A stretch of DNA of 64,000 nt from Dehalococcoidia bacterium (lineage in GTDB: Bacteria; Chloroflexota; Dehalococcoidia; Lucifugimonadales; JAPUKM01): the NCBI GenBank assembly GCA_965248865.1, contig CBDFKP010000002.1, forward strand, positions 213,573 through 277,572, in the 5' to 3' direction. The stretch's first letter is position 1; each line of letters opens with the position of its first letter. The translations under genes were made by a program, and so were the position numbers. The notes beneath the pieces are model-generated. The model had not been told where the DNA came from and searched no databases. It saw nothing but the letters and a program-made list of their open reading frames with translations. Shown piece after piece: positions 20,452 through 29,821 of the stretch.

Positions 20452-20961
20452 TCACTGCTTTAAAAAGGGAGCGACGATGCCAAAAAAGCGACAGCGACAC
20501 CGGAGGGGGGGCGGAGCGGAGCGACCTGGCGGCGTTGAGGCGGAGGCGGGCCAGCAGCGGAGTCGCTCCAGGAGACGGAGGTCAGCAAACCGCCGCCGGT
20601 ATGATCCCTGATGTCCCTCAATGAGCAGCAGATGCCTCCGGTCGCCAGTCACCAGGTAGTCAGCGGAAGCCTCCACCGCACACTCCAAGATGCGGTTGTC
20701 GGCGTGGTCGCCCTCTATCGTCTCCGCGAGCCGCCAGGGTTCAATGACGGTGGCAGCACCTCCCAGCGCTCTGGGAGCCTGGGCCGAGGAACGCTCGTCC
20801 CAGGCGAACTTGCGCCCAAGCACCTCGGCAACCTCTTCCAGGATGAAGGGAGACAGGAACAGCTCGAACCGTCCCCTGAGAGCAAGCTCCAGGACAAGAC
20901 GTTCGTTCCCAGGGAAGTTCAGACCGGAGACGATGGCGTTGGTATCGAGGACGACTCTCAT
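20452..20961 (-). CDS. PIN-domain putative toxin (PIN_3/TIGR00305-like)
   Basis: MRVVLDTNAIVSGL..DNRILECAVEASADYLVTGDRRHLL carries the acidic PIN residues. The C-terminal tail is unusually long. Confidence 0.7.
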   Translation of the reverse strand: MRVVLDTNAIVSGLNFPGNERLVLELALRGRFELFLSPFILEEVAEVLGRKFAWDERSSAQAPRALGGAATVIEPWRLAETIEGDHADNRILECAVEASADYLVTGDRRHLLLIEGHQGSYRRRFADLRLLERLRCWPASASTPPGRSAPPPLRCRCRFFGIVAPFLKQ

Positions 20962-21066
20962 GTACGGGAAGAGTTGACCTCGGCCCGGTACTCTTCCACC
21001 AGACCGGCCACGTCCTCAGGACCGATACCCTTCTTCCTGGCCCTCTCCTCTCCGTACTGGAGCCAC

Positions 21067-22659
21067 CTACTGCTCGCCCTGCGACTCGTGAGCGTCGGCT
21101 GAGCCTGCTGACGTGCTCCGCCGCCGGCCCTTGTACCTGCGTATCAGCCAGTAGCCTCCGCCTCCAACGACCAGCCACGCAGGACTGAGTATGGCCACCC
21201 AGATGACTCCTATCAGTGCTCCCTGACCGACTGCGGAGAGGGTCCTCACAGCGGTCTTGCCCTGGTCGCTGAAGCTCCACCCGGCAATTACCCAGCCCGG
21301 CACCTCTCTAACCCTGACGTCAAGTGAGTTGGAGTCCTCCACAGTCCCAGCCTCACTCTCGGCCGTTATCGTGAGCGTCGCCTGATACGGGAAAGGCCGG
21401 TGGTGTTCATAGACATGGGTCGCCACGGCGGTGGTGATTCCCTGTCCCAGCATTCCCTTGGCGGGCTCGGAGCCGTCGCCGAAGTCCCACCTGTACTCGA
21501 CCTCGTTCAGACCCGGCGGCCGCGTGAAGGATCCACTGAACTCGACCTCCTCGCCCTCGTCCACAGCGATACTCTCACCGGCGAAGACTACGATGTCGGG
21601 GATTCTGGTGACCTTGACCATCAGGGTCGTATCGCCTTCAGCGGCACCCGCTTCGCCGCTACCCTGGATCTCGAACTGAGCTATGTATGGCGAGTCCTCT
21701 TCGTCTCTGTATCTATGGGTAACGGTCGCCGTGACCCGGGTATCTTCTTTCTCAGTTGGCGCCGTCTGGTGGCCGCGAACGCTCTCCCCGTCACCGAAGT
21801 CCCACGTGTAGCTGAAGTCCTCGATCCCCTCAGGCGGCTTGAAAAAGGCACGGAACCTGACCCTCTCGCCGACACCGGTCGTCTTGTCTGCTATCTCCTC
21901 CACCGCCATGTCAACTGGCTCAAGCTCTAAGTTGACGCTCACCAGCGAAAACGCCGAAGTCTCCTCAAGAAGCTTGATCTTACCCTGCAGGCGCTCAACC
22001 TCTTCCTGGACTCCGGTCAAGGTCTGCTGGACCTTCAACGCGGCCTCGACGGTCTCGGCACGCCCCAATAGCTTGAGCAGCGCCTCTTCCGTGGCCTTTT
22101 GATTGTCCAACCGCGCCCTCAGGTCGAAGTACTCGTCGGTCACGTCCCGGCTGTCAGAGACCTCCGACTTGACCTCGGCGGCCATCTCCCTGAGACGCGC
22201 GGTCGTCGTATCCAGGGCTTCAGCCGGAACGCGGAAGGAGATGAACCCACGGTGCTTCTCGAATCTATTGGTGGACACGACCCAACCGCCCAGCTCTCTG
22301 GCCATAGCCGTGATCAGGTCCATGGAGCCCTGCACGTCCGTCACCACGATCGTAGCCTCGACAGTGCGGACGATGATTCGTTCCAGATTCACCAGCTGAG
22401 CGAGTGTTTCTGGCGAGCCACCAATATCGGCGGCCGCAGCTTGGTCATACGCTTCCAACAACCTAGGGGGAGCCGGAGCGGGGGCAGGGGCCGGATCCGC
22501 TGCTGCGGGGGCTGCTGGCGCCCCCGGCACACCTGGCGCCCCCGGCATACCTGGCGCACCCGGATGCCCAGCGGATTCGTCCGAGCCACCGCACGCGGTC
22601 ACAGCCAGCAGTGCGACGAGCATAATTGGGACTAGTAATCGACTCATGTTCGACAGCAT
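21067..22659 (-). CDS. Lipoprotein with a DUF4349-like coiled-coil domain, two PKD-like repeats and C-terminal TM helices
   Basis: Signal/lipobox LLAVTAC. DUF4349-like FDLRARLDNQKATEEALLKLL. Repeats YTWDFGDGES and YRWDFGDGSE. Hydrophobic C-terminus. Confidence 0.65.
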   Translation of the reverse strand: MLSNMSRLLVPIMLVALLAVTACGGSDESAGHPGAPGMPGAPGVPGAPAAPAAADPAPAPAPAPPRLLEAYDQAAAADIGGSPETLAQLVNLERIIVRTVEATIVVTDVQGSMDLITAMARELGGWVVSTNRFEKHRGFISFRVPAEALDTTTARLREMAAEVKSEVSDSRDVTDEYFDLRARLDNQKATEEALLKLLGRAETVEAALKVQQTLTGVQEEVERLQGKIKLLEETSAFSLVSVNLELEPVDMAVEEIADKTTGVGERVRFRAFFKPPEGIEDFSYTWDFGDGESVRGHQTAPTEKEDTRVTATVTHRYRDEEDSPYIAQFEIQGSGEAGAAEGDTTLMVKVTRIPDIVVFAGESIAVDEGEEVEFSGSFTRPPGLNEVEYRWDFGDGSEPAKGMLGQGITTAVATHVYEHHRPFPYQATLTITAESEAGTVEDSNSLDVRVREVPGWVIAGWSFSDQGKTAVRTLSAVGQGALIGVIWVAILSPAWLVVGGGGYWLIRRYKGRRRSTSAGSADAHESQGEQ

Positions 22660-23012
22660 AGCCCAGCGACCTCCCTCTAGTAATGACTGTTTCAGATGCG
22701 TTCCATAGTGTATGACGAAAGAATCACGCGATTTGTTCCACGGGGCTTAGCCGACTCAATCGGGATTGCCCAGATCAAACTGATTCCTCCAACCATGTGA
22801 CCCTGTGGGATGGCTCGAACTATAAAAGGGCAGCCTGAGGGCGTCAACTGCATCCGATTCACTCAACTGACCCACTCCCATAGGGTAACCACCCCCCTGA
22901 CGAGCGTAAAAGTCTAGAATTGCCTGCCCCTGCCCAAGCGTCTCCCTCGGGGTGGTCTATTTACCCCGGACGACCCCATAACTGTCCGAAATACCTGTGC
23001 TCTCAAAGCAGG

Positions 23013-24344
23013 CTAGCCAGGTGCCAGCCGAAGGCGGCTGATCCGTTCTAGTATCCCGGTCAGCATTTTCCTGGTTACCAGCACCTCGGCAAGCTGAAAC
23101 ACCAGCCTCCTTGCGTGGCGTACCAGTCGCCCACCCGTCTTGATCAGCCTGGTCTGAAGACTGGTCAGAGTCCAGTACTTCATATCCTCCGGCAACACCA
23201 GCCTTCTCATAAAGTTGCCCAGGTTGTAAGTCAGGACGAACAGCCATAGTCTCACCTGGTTGGCCACGAACTTGTGGCAGGAAAGCCGGATCCAGTTCAG
23301 GGCGTACTTGCCCTCCTTGATCCACTGCTCCGCCGTGCCACGGCCATTGTAAAAGCGGACTATTCCTTTGGGTGGATAGCTCAGGTTGGTCACGATGAAA
23401 CCAACCCTGGGAAATAGCTCCCCCTGATGCCACTCTACTTTAGCCACCACTCGCCTGGGCAAGTGCCAACTCTGGGCCTGATAGGCAAAGTCATGGTAGG
23501 AGACGATAGGCTCCCGGGATGGCCATTCGGTAGGACGCTCCAGCAAGGGTTGGATCTGCTCCTGAATTACCTGATTGGCGGGAAGCCGGATGGCGTACCC
23601 GATCTTTCCTTGTTCCAGATACTCGTATAGCTCCGGCTTGGCAAAAGCAGCGTCACCCCGGAACAGCAACCGCAGTCCTTTCTTCTGGTATCCTTTCACC
23701 ACCGGCTCAAGGAGTTCCTGCCAGCCATCGGCACTATGCACGTTTCCGGGTCGTAGCGTCGCTCCTTCGCAATCCCCAAACTGGTTGAACAGAAAGAGGG
23801 GATGATAGCAGACACACTCGAAGTGCCCGTTGTAGGCGGCTCCTTCCTGCTGACCATGCACTGGACTCTCCGAACTGTCCATGTCCAGAATCACTCGCCG
23901 GTGTGGAGTGTGAGCCATGGCCAGCTCCACCCACTGGGGATTCATCAGGGCCAGCCCCTTTAGGTTGTCCTCTTGAGTCAGAGTCTCCGTCTCAAAACGG
24001 CTCATGGTGTTGGTTCTGGCGGCGTTGCGGTCTGAGCCTTGCCAGCCCACGACAACTCTCATGGCTGGGTCTTGGGAAAGACGTTCTGCATCGTTGGTAT
24101 CATCGTAGCCGGCCAAGCGGCTGTAGATGGACTGGCGGAGCAGAGGGACCAGGTGGTGGCGGATGTTGCGGCCGGTACGGCTTTCCTGGAGATAGTCGGA
24201 GGCTATGGGGGTAAGGTCCAGGGCGTCATCCAGTTCTCGGAATGCCAGCAGTCCGGCGTCGGAGGTGATGGTGGCACCATGTAACTCCAGCCGGATTTGG
24301 GGATTGAATTGGAGCCGAAGAGAGGCCTTTTCGCGGTCACCCAT
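23013..24344 (-). CDS. IS1380-family DDE transposase
   Basis: 443 aa. LQFNPQIRLELHGATITSDAGLLAFRELDDALDLT is the characteristic N-terminus. Flanks are markedly AT-richer. Element ends not resolved. Confidence 0.9.
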   Translation of the reverse strand: MGDREKASLRLQFNPQIRLELHGATITSDAGLLAFRELDDALDLTPIASDYLQESRTGRNIRHHLVPLLRQSIYSRLAGYDDTNDAERLSQDPAMRVVVGWQGSDRNAARTNTMSRFETETLTQEDNLKGLALMNPQWVELAMAHTPHRRVILDMDSSESPVHGQQEGAAYNGHFECVCYHPLFLFNQFGDCEGATLRPGNVHSADGWQELLEPVVKGYQKKGLRLLFRGDAAFAKPELYEYLEQGKIGYAIRLPANQVIQEQIQPLLERPTEWPSREPIVSYHDFAYQAQSWHLPRRVVAKVEWHQGELFPRVGFIVTNLSYPPKGIVRFYNGRGTAEQWIKEGKYALNWIRLSCHKFVANQVRLWLFVLTYNLGNFMRRLVLPEDMKYWTLTSLQTRLIKTGGRLVRHARRLVFQLAEVLVTRKMLTGILERISRLRLAPG

Positions 24345-24519
24345 CGGGTGCCTCCAATGTCGGTACGCAAGTTATCTGAAATAGCCAACTTATTGCATGT
24401 ATTATATCTGAAATACGGCTAAGAGATTCATGTAACGACTAGAAAAGCAAGAAAGTTGCCTATTTACCGCATCACTTGTTTGAGCCAAATGGGGAATACG
24501 GGATGATAGGTACACGCTG

Positions 24520-25041
24520 ATGACGGTGGGCATAGTAGCCCTGGTGGTGGTGGGCATCGTTTCGCTGGTGTTCGGCCAGGTGAAGCAGTCGTTCAGTAAT
24601 GACTTCGAGTTTGCGGTGTATCAGGGCGGGGATATGCTGGGAGGGACGGATTCTAGCTTCTCCCAGGTGTTTGGCCAGGGGAAGCCAGTGGTGTTGAACT
24701 TCTGGGCGGGGCTCTGCCCGCCCTGCCGGGCTGAAATGCCAGGGTTTCAGGCGGTATACGATCAGTACGAGGATGATTTCATCATGCTTGGGTTGGACGT
24801 GGGCCCGTTCATGAACCTTGGTAGCAATAGGGATGCCCGGGACCTGCTTCAGGAGCTGGGCATAACCTACCCGACGGCCCGTGCGCTCAACCGCGGCCCG
24901 GTAGTACAGTACGGTGTCCTGTCCATGCCGACCACGGTGTTCTTCACCCCCGACCGGCGGGTGTTCAGGACGGAGGTAGGGCTGTTAGACCAGCAGCGCC
25001 TCTCTGTCATAGTCCAGCAGCTCATCAGCGCCTCGGCGTGA
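24520..25041 (+). CDS. TlpA/ResA-like membrane-anchored thiol-disulfide oxidoreductase
   Basis: N-terminal TM helix, thioredoxin motif FWAGLCPPCRAEMP. Confidence 0.8.
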   Translation: MTVGIVALVVVGIVSLVFGQVKQSFSNDFEFAVYQGGDMLGGTDSSFSQVFGQGKPVVLNFWAGLCPPCRAEMPGFQAVYDQYEDDFIMLGLDVGPFMNLGSNRDARDLLQELGITYPTARALNRGPVVQYGVLSMPTTVFFTPDRRVFRTEVGLLDQQRLSVIVQQLISASA

Positions 25042-25065
25042 CCCCATAGGCGAGGGATAAAGGCG

Positions 25066-25700
25066 ATGGACATTCTACTCACGGGCGTGGCGGTGTTCTG
25101 GGTAGCCTACCTTATTGGCTCCTTTCCCACCGCCTATCTTTTGGGCCGCATTGTCAAGGGAGTAGACATCAGGAGGGTTGGGAGCCGCAACGCCGGGGCT
25201 GTCAACGCTTTTCGAGAGGTGCGCCCTGGGCGGGCCTGACCGCCCTTGCCGTGGACGGCGTCAAAGGGGCGGTGGTTATCCTGGCGGTCCAGGCCCTGGG
25301 GCTGGGCGACTATGCGATGTTCGTTGGGGCGTTGGCGGTGGTGGCTGGCCATAACTGGCCGGTCTTCCTGGGCTTCAGGGGCGGCAAGGGCGTCGCGACC
25401 GTCCTGGGTTTGTCTATGGCCGTGCTCCCCGTGTGGACCCTCGTTGCCCTGGCCCTCTCCCTGGCCTCCGGTTTTGCCACCCGCAGCGTGGTGTTCGGTA
25501 TCGCGGTTGGTATCGTCGCTATCAACGCGTTCACCATCGCCACCGGCCAGGACGCGAGCCAGGTCAGCCTATGCCTTACGCTGTCGGCCCTGGTCGTTGG
25601 CACCCATTACGTTATGACCTACAGGGATGTGCTGGCATCGGTACGGAGGAAGGGGCCCTGGGGCCTGTTCGCAACGGAGTTGCCGGATTCGCGATTGTGA
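25066..25700 (+). pseudogene. plsY: Glycerol-3-phosphate acyltransferase PlsY, interrupted by an apparent 1-nt deletion (or assembly indel)
   Basis: Frame 1 reads MDILLTGVAVFWVAYLIGSFPTAYLLGRIVKGVDIRRVGSRNAGAVNAFREVRPGRA and stops at 25237-25239. The -1 frame continues WAGLTALAVDGVKGAVV..AGHNWPVFLGFRGGKGVAT. Total span is 635 nt (3n-1). Confidence 0.75.
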
Positions 25701-25718
25701 TGGCAGGGAGGAGGGGGA

Positions 25719-25952
25719 ATGAAAGAGTCAGCAGGTCCAGAGAAGGGCGGTCGGCGAGCGGGGCCGACCGGGAGAATGCGAAGCTGGGTGGTATCCTTGG
25801 CATGGGCCGCGGCCATTGTGGGCGTGGCGGTGGCCGTTAGCGCGGTGATAAACCCGGCGCTGGGGCGGAGTGTCCACTGGGACTGGATGGCCGGCCTGGC
25901 GTCGACGCTGTTCGCTGCGCTCTCCATCGCGCTTCGCCGTCGGTGGGTGTAG
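25719..25952 (+). CDS. Small hypothetical two-TM membrane protein
   Basis: 77-aa ORF with two hydrophobic segments. No motif recognised. Confidence 0.3.
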   Translation: MKESAGPEKGGRRAGPTGRMRSWVVSLAWAAAIVGVAVAVSAVINPALGRSVHWDWMAGLASTLFAALSIALRRRWV

Positions 25953-26016
25953 AGGGGTATCTGTGAAACCGGGCAATACGGCCCATATGAAAAGTACCGA
26001 GGAGGGTTTCTCTAAT

Positions 26017-27435
26017 ATGCAGATAACGAGTACCGACGCCGCATCAGGCACCGACGGTTCCATCTTCTATGCGCTGACCCGGAGCATCTGCGTCCAGTGC
26101 AAGCGTGTCATAGATGCCCAGGTCCATCTGAGAGATGGCCGCGTGTACATGCGGAAGCGGTGCCCGGATCACGGCTGGATGGAGGCCCTGCTCTACGACG
26201 ATGCCGAGGCATACGTGGACTCCCAGCGGTACAACAGGCCGGGCAGCCCTCCGCGAGAGTACAGCACGGAGGTGAAAGAGGGCTGTCCCCTGGACTGCGG
26301 GCTGTGTCCGGAGCACAAGCAGCATACCTGCCTGGCTCTGATCGAGGTGAACACGGCCTGCAACCTGGCATGTCCCACCTGCTTCGCCAATGCGGGCAAG
26401 GGGTACAACCTGACGATGGAGGAGGTGGAGGGGATGCTGGATAGGTTCGTGGAGCTGGAGGGCCAGCCGGAGGTGGTCCAGTTCAGCGGCGGCGAGCCCA
26501 CCATCCACCCTCGGATCCTGGCCATGGTGCGGGCCGCCAAGGAGCGGGGCATCCCCCATGTGATGCTCAACACCAACGGCCTGCGCATTGCCAACGACGA
26601 CCGCTTTCTGGAGGCGCTGGCGGAGCAGAGGCCGTCCATCTACCTCCAGTTCGATGGACTCGAGGACAGAACGTATCAGCTCCTCAGAGGCGAGCCGCTC
26701 ATCGATATCAAGCTGCGGGCGCTGGAGCGCCTTGCCCTGGCCGACCTGGACGTGGTGCTGGTCCCCGCCATAGAGCGGGGGGTCAACGAGCATGAGGTGG
26801 GGGCCATCGTGCGGTTTGGGCTGGAGCAGCCCGCCGTGCGTGGCATTGCCTTCCAGCCCGTGACCCACGTGGGGCGGCACCTGGAGTTCGACCCCATGGA
26901 CCGGGTGACGATTCCGGAGGTGATTCGAGGAATAGAGGCACAGACCGAGGGCACCTTCGTCAAGGATGACTTTGTTCCGGTGCCGTGCTGCTTCCCAACG
27001 TGTAGCTCGGTGACCTACGCCTATGTGGATGATGGCGTGGTCACGCCGCTGCCCAGGGTGCTGAACGTGGACGATTACCTGGACTACATTACGAACAGGA
27101 CCGTGCCCGATCTCTCCACCGGCGTTCGGCAGGCGCTGGAGGGGCTGTGGAGCGCCGCCGCGGTGCCCGGCTCGGAGTCAGCGGCAGAGCGATTCAACTG
27201 TGCGACCTGTGACTTTACGAACATGGCAGACGTGCAGGATCTGAAGAGGCACATCTTCATGATCTCGGTCAAGGCGTTCATGGATGCCTATACCCTGGAC
27301 GTGAAGCAGCTGATGAAGTGCTGTGTTGGTATCCTGGTGCCGGACGGACGCATGATCCCCTTCTGCGCCTACAACACCGTGGGGTACAGGGAGCAGGTGC
27401 GGGCGCAACTGGCCGGGCGGCGGCTCCGGCGATGA
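26017..27435 (+). CDS. Radical SAM enzyme of the MJ0619/Tes (tetraether-lipid-synthase)-like family
   Basis: GAGGAGG RBS before ATG 26017 (alternative ATG at 25987). Zn-ribbon-like CVQCK..CPDHG, auxiliary CPLDCGLCPEHKQHTC, radical SAM CNLACPTC, C-terminal KCC..PDGRMIPFCAYN. Confidence 0.8.
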   Translation: MQITSTDAASGTDGSIFYALTRSICVQCKRVIDAQVHLRDGRVYMRKRCPDHGWMEALLYDDAEAYVDSQRYNRPGSPPREYSTEVKEGCPLDCGLCPEHKQHTCLALIEVNTACNLACPTCFANAGKGYNLTMEEVEGMLDRFVELEGQPEVVQFSGGEPTIHPRILAMVRAAKERGIPHVMLNTNGLRIANDDRFLEALAEQRPSIYLQFDGLEDRTYQLLRGEPLIDIKLRALERLALADLDVVLVPAIERGVNEHEVGAIVRFGLEQPAVRGIAFQPVTHVGRHLEFDPMDRVTIPEVIRGIEAQTEGTFVKDDFVPVPCCFPTCSSVTYAYVDDGVVTPLPRVLNVDDYLDYITNRTVPDLSTGVRQALEGLWSAAAVPGSESAAERFNCATCDFTNMADVQDLKRHIFMISVKAFMDAYTLDVKQLMKCCVGILVPDGRMIPFCAYNTVGYREQVRAQLAGRRLRR

Positions 27436-28232
27436 CGCAGAATACCCTGGCGGCACAGCTTGCCAAGGTCTGCTGCGCGTCCGTGTACGAGAGCGACGCC
27501 GTGCGGCTGCTCCTGGGAGATTCCCTCCATCCGGGAGGTGCGGCTCTGACTCGTCTTGTTGCGGAGCGCTTGAACCTGAACCGGGCTGATACCGTTCTTG
27601 ACGTAGGCTGTGGCCGGGGAGCCTCTGCCGTGCTGGTGGCGCGGGGGGCGGGATGCCGGGTGGTGGGCATGGACTACGGCCAGCGGAACGCGAAGGAGGC
27701 GCGACGTGCCGCGGGCGACGCAGGCCTTGCTGAGCAGGCGGCCTTCTGCTCCGGCGATGCCGAGGCACTCCCCTTCGCCGACGGTGTTTTCGACGCCGTT
27801 GTCTGTGAGTGCGTCGTCTCCACGTTCGTTCAGAAGATAGCGTCCCTGAGCGAGATACGTCGCGTGCTGGCGCCCGGCGGCAGGCTGGGCATGAGCGATG
27901 TGACCATGCAGGGGCCGCTCTCGGAGGAGCTACGGGGCATGGTTGGGCGCGTGGCGTGCATCGGCGGGGCGTTGTCCCGGGAGGGGTACGTCCGTCTGCT
28001 CCAGGAGGCCGGGTTTGATGACGTGACGGCGGAGGACCACTCGATAGCCCTGGCCGACCTGGTCAAGGACCTTCAGCGCAAGGTGCTGCTGGCCCGCATG
28101 GCCTCCAGGGCCGGAGTGCTGGAGCTTCCGGGGGTAGACCTGACACTGGGCCAGCGGCTGCTTTCCTCGGCGGAGGCTCAGGTGAAGCTGGGCGCACTGG
28201 GGTACGCCATATTTGTGGCGACGGCTCCGTAG
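27432..28232 (+). CDS. Class I SAM-dependent methyltransferase, ArsM-like Cys pattern
   Basis: ATGA overlap with the upstream stop. VLDVGCGRGA (motif I). Cys-containing KVCCASVYE, VVCECVVS and RVACIGGAL resemble arsenite methyltransferase cysteines. Confidence 0.8.
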   Translation: MTQNTLAAQLAKVCCASVYESDAVRLLLGDSLHPGGAALTRLVAERLNLNRADTVLDVGCGRGASAVLVARGAGCRVVGMDYGQRNAKEARRAAGDAGLAEQAAFCSGDAEALPFADGVFDAVVCECVVSTFVQKIASLSEIRRVLAPGGRLGMSDVTMQGPLSEELRGMVGRVACIGGALSREGYVRLLQEAGFDDVTAEDHSIALADLVKDLQRKVLLARMASRAGVLELPGVDLTLGQRLLSSAEAQVKLGALGYAIFVATAP

Positions 28233-28597
28233 CGCTGAGCCCGCCCACCCGCCCCTTCGGCAAGCTCAGGGCAGGCTCTCGGACTGCGTCCTTACTTCCT
28301 GCTTTCCTCTCCCCTCCACTCCCAACTTGAGGATTCCTGTAAGTTAAGTAGCTCTCAGTTCGGCCTTTGGTAGACTCGGTGAGCCAGAAACTGCCAAACA
28401 GGGCTTCCGTTTATTTTGGATAGGGCTATCATCGGCTATCAGAATGACCAGCCGTGCATTTGGAGCAAGCTGGCTTCGCCTGGCTGAGTCAGCTTGTGCG
28501 GGCCGCATTCCAGGGTGGTTTCCGTGCGGAGGAAACTTGCCTCTCCCAGGCCTCCGCCGTTATGATTACGGCGCTTGGAGGTGCCGGAAACCCACCC

Positions 28598-29275
28598 ATG
28601 CTCCTCGATATGCATTGTCACTCTGTATCCTCGGATGATTCAAGGGCCACGGCGGAGCAGTACCTCAAATGGATTCAGGTCCTCAGGAAGCGGGGCTACC
28701 GGATAGATGCCATCGTCCTCACGGAGCACCGGAAATACGATACCGATCTCGATTACTCGGCGCTGTCGCGTGAGTACGGGGTGCTTGTGCTGAAGGGGTC
28801 GGAGCTGGATACACTGTACGGCCACTTCCTGCTCTACGGCGTAAGCGACCGGCTGCTCAGCGGCTTCGACTTCAACGACGTCCGCCTGGACCCGATAGCA
28901 CTGATGCGGGAGGCCAGGGAGTGCGACGCCATCGCCATTCCAGCGCATCCGGGACGGTTCGGCATCGGCCTCTGTGAATATATCGATAGCGGGCCGGACT
29001 TCAGCGATGTGACCATCGTTGAGCTGCTGAACGGGGGCAGTCGCAAAGGGGAGAATGAGCGTGCCCAGGAGCTGGCGGAGGCGCGGGGCTTTCTGGGCAC
29101 CGGGGGCAGCGACGCCCACTTCGTGAGCGCCATTGGTACCTGTCTCACCGAGTTCCCTGGGCCCATAGGAAGCGAGCGAGAGCTGGTGGAGGCGCTGCGC
29201 GGAGGGGAGTTCCGGGCGGTCCGCCTGGAGGATACTCAAAATCCGTCCGGGGGTGCTACTGGACCGTTGGCATGA
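28598..29275 (+). CDS. PHP-domain metal-dependent phosphoesterase
   Basis: Start moved to MLLDMHCHSVSSDD (PHP motif I). Later EHRKY, IPAHPGR, GGSDAHF. Confidence 0.7.
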   Translation: MLLDMHCHSVSSDDSRATAEQYLKWIQVLRKRGYRIDAIVLTEHRKYDTDLDYSALSREYGVLVLKGSELDTLYGHFLLYGVSDRLLSGFDFNDVRLDPIALMREARECDAIAIPAHPGRFGIGLCEYIDSGPDFSDVTIVELLNGGSRKGENERAQELAEARGFLGTGGSDAHFVSAIGTCLTEFPGPIGSERELVEALRGGEFRAVRLEDTQNPSGGATGPLA

Positions 29276-29342
29276 AGAAGCCACACCGCTCCTGGCGAAG
29301 GGGGTACAATCCCAAAGCGGAGCTTTATAGAGGGCCGTTGAG

Positions 29343-29813
29343 GTGAGCGATAGTTTGGAGTTCGACCGGACGCTGCTGGGGAAGGAGTCTGTCCCTCAGG
29401 CGTTGACGGTGGATAGGAAGGCCATCTTGAAGTACTGCCGCCTCGCCGGTATCACCAGTCCCATTCATACCGATGATGAGGCGGCCAGGACCGCGGGCTA
29501 TCGCGGTATGGTGGCGCCCATCTCCATGTACGCCTCCATGGTGCGGGGCGAGCGCCCGGACATAAAGCTGAGCTTTGGCCGCACGCAGCTCTTCGCCGGA
29601 GCTACTATCGAGGCTCTGGTCCCCGTGTGCGCGGGGGACGTGGTGACCGGAGTCACCTGGCTCAAGGATGTGTACGCCAAGACCGGGCGCTCCGGCACGA
29701 TGGTGTTTATAGTGTGGGAGACCTCATTCTCCAATCAGGATGGGGAGAAGGTGGCGGTGGTCAGGCAGTCGTACGTCAGGAGGAGCGACCCCGGAGGTCA
29801 ACACGCCGGGTAG
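29343..29813 (+). CDS. Hot-dog fold protein, MaoC-dehydratase N-terminal (FAS1/HadA-like) type, copy 1
   Basis: 156 aa, GTG start. AGITSPIHTDDEAARTAGYRGMVAP. C-terminal KTGRSGTMVFIVWETSFSNQDGEKV. Confidence 0.7.
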   Translation: MSDSLEFDRTLLGKESVPQALTVDRKAILKYCRLAGITSPIHTDDEAARTAGYRGMVAPISMYASMVRGERPDIKLSFGRTQLFAGATIEALVPVCAGDVVTGVTWLKDVYAKTGRSGTMVFIVWETSFSNQDGEKVAVVRQSYVRRSDPGGQHAG

Positions 29814-29821
29814 AGGCGACC

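Noticed and set aside
22958-24469. CTATTTACC at 22958-22966 and 24461-24469 as target-site duplication of the IS1380 element
   Set aside because: The sequences just inside these 9-mers show no inverted-repeat relationship. The implied element ends do not resemble each other, so this is probably chance.
25870-26016. N-terminal extension of the radical SAM ORF
   Set aside because: It overlaps the small membrane ORF and lacks an RBS. ATG 26017 is preceded by GAGGAGG. ATG 25987 remains a possible alternative.
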